Source of the DNA: an uncultured Clostridia bacterium
Lineage (GTDB): Bacteria > Bacillota > Clostridia > TANB77 > CAG-465
Reading direction: 5' to 3'
Assembly: GCA_947627255.1 (NCBI GenBank)
Contig: CANQVI010000001.1
Span: 20,899 to 84,898 of the forward strand
Length of the DNA: 64,000 nucleotides
Both the position numbers and the translations under genes were made by a program. The notes below the pieces were generated by a model that worked only from the letters and a program-made list of their open reading frames with translations, did no database searches and was not told the origin of the DNA. Positions 62,175 through 64,000 of the stretch are shown piece after piece (positions within the stretch are counted from its first letter, which is position 1; each line of letters begins with the position of its first letter).

Positions 62175-62798
62175 ATGAAATATTTAAATTTAGAAGGCTT
62201 AAAACATTTAGTAGATTTATTAAAAGAAATGATAAATAGTAAAGTAGAAAAAGTAGATGGCAAAGGGTTATCCACTGTAGACTTTACTACAGCATATGAA
62301 ACAAAATTAAAAGGAATAAAAGATGGTGCAGAAGTAAATAAAATAGACACTATCAGTGTTAACGGTAGTGATTTACCGATAGGTAATAAGAAAGTGAATA
62401 TTGAAATTCCAGATACTTCTGAATTTCAAACAGCTGCAGAAGTTGAAGAAGCCATAACTGAGAAGGGTTATCAAACAGCTGCAGAAGTTGAAAGTACAAT
62501 ATCTAAAAAAGGTTATCAAACATCAGCGCAAGTTAGTAGTGCAATAGCTAGTGCTATTAAGGGAATACAAGGAATTAAATATTCAGTAGTAACTGCATTA
62601 CCACAATCAGGAGAGGCAGGAACAATATATTTGGTTTCAAATAGTGGAAGTGGCAAAAACATATATGATGAATATATCTGGATAACAGATAAATTTGAAT
62701 TATTAGGGACTACAGAAGTTGACTTAACTGGCTATGTAAAAGATAGTGATTTGGTTGCTATAACAACAAGTGAAATAGATGAGCTGTTTGCAGAGTAG
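62175..62798 (+). CDS. Tail fibre-like protein with tandem peptide repeats
   Basis: Repeated TAAEVE-x-I-x-KGYQT units. Confidence 0.4.
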   Translation: MKYLNLEGLKHLVDLLKEMINSKVEKVDGKGLSTVDFTTAYETKLKGIKDGAEVNKIDTISVNGSDLPIGNKKVNIEIPDTSEFQTAAEVEEAITEKGYQTAAEVESTISKKGYQTSAQVSSAIASAIKGIQGIKYSVVTALPQSGEAGTIYLVSNSGSGKNIYDEYIWITDKFELLGTTEVDLTGYVKDSDLVAITTSEIDELFAE

Positions 62799-62810
62799 GA
62801 GGAATTTTAA

Positions 62811-63251
62811 ATGAAGTATACTGATAAAAATGCTCTTACTAGATTTTGGGAGAAAATCAAACAATATATTGATAGTAAAATTGGAAGTAAAGAGGAAATT
62901 TTATTTGAAGGAGAAGCTACAGAAGGAACTTTATTTTATAGAAATGATGCAACTCAAAAAAGATTATCACAATATAAGGAAATTCATATATTTGTAAGAG
63001 AAAATTCTTCAGATGCGTATATAGACAATGTTTATATAATAAAAGTAACTGATAATTTTCGTTATACCACTTCTATACAATTAACACAAATTCATAGTAA
63101 TGGATTTTTTGACTTCATTACTATACAAATAGATACAGAAAGTATGATAATAGCCAATAATTATAGAACAAAATATAATACTTCATATAATGGTTTTGTT
63201 AATTATTCAGATAATCCAAATAAAATTGTTAAAGTAGTTGGGGTAATTTAA
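62811..63251 (+). CDS. Hypothetical phage protein
   Basis: ORF with GGAGG RBS. Confidence 0.4.
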   Translation: MKYTDKNALTRFWEKIKQYIDSKIGSKEEILFEGEATEGTLFYRNDATQKRLSQYKEIHIFVRENSSDAYIDNVYIIKVTDNFRYTTSIQLTQIHSNGFFDFITIQIDTESMIIANNYRTKYNTSYNGFVNYSDNPNKIVKVVGVI

Positions 63252-63261
63252 AGGAGAAAAA

Positions 63262-63579
63262 ATGAAAGATATAAATAACTGGGTAGTGCTTATTGCTGGT
63301 AATATAACATCAATAACAGTTATAGTAACTACAATAAGTAAAATGCTAGATTTAAAATTTAAAAGTGTTTATGATAATCAACGTCTGCAGTTAAGATATG
63401 AAATATGTAATTTTGCAGGAGATTTACGAAACGAAATACCTAAAACACGAGAGGAATTTCAGGCAATCTTTGAAATGTATGATAGATATGAGATGTTAAT
63501 CGAAAAGTTAAAACTAAAAAACCATTATATTGATAATGAAATGAATTATATAAAAGAGCAATATAAGTTACTAAAGTAG
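63262..63579 (+). CDS. Hypothetical protein with an N-terminal TM helix
   Basis: ORF with RBS. Confidence 0.4.
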   Translation: MKDINNWVVLIAGNITSITVIVTTISKMLDLKFKSVYDNQRLQLRYEICNFAGDLRNEIPKTREEFQAIFEMYDRYEMLIEKLKLKNHYIDNEMNYIKEQYKLLK

Positions 63580-63591
63580 GGAGTGATTAAA

Positions 63592-63810
63592 TTGAAAAAA
63601 GCATGGAATGATTTAAAGTCATTTATAACCATATCAATGATTATAATTTTAGCCATTATTGTAATATCTAATTTATTTGGTTTAATACTACAAGATAATA
63701 TTTTAATTTTAGTGACTAATTTAATAACGGCTGTGTTTACTTACTATTTTACCAAAAAAGAAGACTTAAGTACTGAAAATGAAAAAAATGACGAAAATAC
63801 AGGGGTATAG
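63592..63810 (+). CDS. Holin-like small two-TM protein (TTG start)
   Basis: GGGAG RBS. Two hydrophobic helices and a charged C-terminus. Located past the tail-fibre genes. Confidence 0.4.
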   Translation: MKKAWNDLKSFITISMIIILAIIVISNLFGLILQDNILILVTNLITAVFTYYFTKKEDLSTENEKNDENTGV

Positions 63811-63852
63811 TTACTATACCTCTGTATTTTTAATACCTTAAAATAGAAATAT

Positions 63853-64000
63853 GGAAGCTGATTATGTTGATTTTACAGGAGAATGTTATGAAAAATTGGT
63901 TAAAAAAATTGATTATAAAAAATATTATAAAAATTTTGATTATTTATCAAAAAAAATAGAAAGTAAAGAGCTCATCTTTAGTTCATATTTAGATCAAACA
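63853..64000 (+). CDS. 3'-truncated ORF at window end, unknown function
   Basis: Open frame running off the window. Confidence 0.25.

Overview
The window is AT-rich (roughly 27-30% GC by eye), low-GC Firmicute DNA that looks Clostridium-like: GerA-family spore germinant receptor genes, a SpoVB-like flippase, and secG-rnr synteny. Positions 1-28.3 kb are chromosomal backbone. It holds a 5'-truncated LPXTG Cna-B-repeat surface protein, an SDR, a gerA-family A-C-B operon, an Rph/PEP-synthase-like three-domain enzyme, asd, an RluA-family pseudouridine synthase, a TGS/uridine-kinase-like protein, a MOP flippase, hup, an extended mscL, a YbiT-like ABC-F ATPase, an AlkP-family protein, tRNA-Arg(TCT), an O-antigen-ligase-family protein, secG, rnr, trmB and a tRNA-His/tRNA-Gln operon. 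Directly downstream of tRNA-Gln a temperate siphovirus-type prophage begins at about 28.39 kb and runs past the window end; its far attachment site is not visible. Its modules read in order: tyrosine integrase; a repressor-linked cargo operon (LexA-like cI repressor, small membrane protein, 320-aa HEPN-motif protein) with a convergent candidate sRNA; a cro-side early region (replisome organizer, Rad52-like SSAP, YqaJ exonuclease, NinB, YopX, many small zinc-ribbon ORFs, several internal paralogs); an ArpU-like late activator; terminase small and large subunits; SPP1-like portal; a MuF/gp7 protein with a 150-aa C-terminal extension followed by a small ORF (polymorphic-toxin/immunity candidate); scaffold; major capsid; connector proteins; major tail; a tail chaperone with a T-TTT-TTC -1 frameshift site; a moron gene; a 1117-aa tape measure; Dit; Tal-like hub; a tail-fibre module; and a holin-like gene. 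Most novelty is in prophage accessory loci. The list runs from the int-cI cargo and antisense RNA, through the MuF extension pair, the moron before the tape measure, a frameshifted small gene, internal duplications and a nested inverted repeat after the major tail gene, down to lower-interest items such as the C-terminal zinc-ribbon extension on the host MscL.
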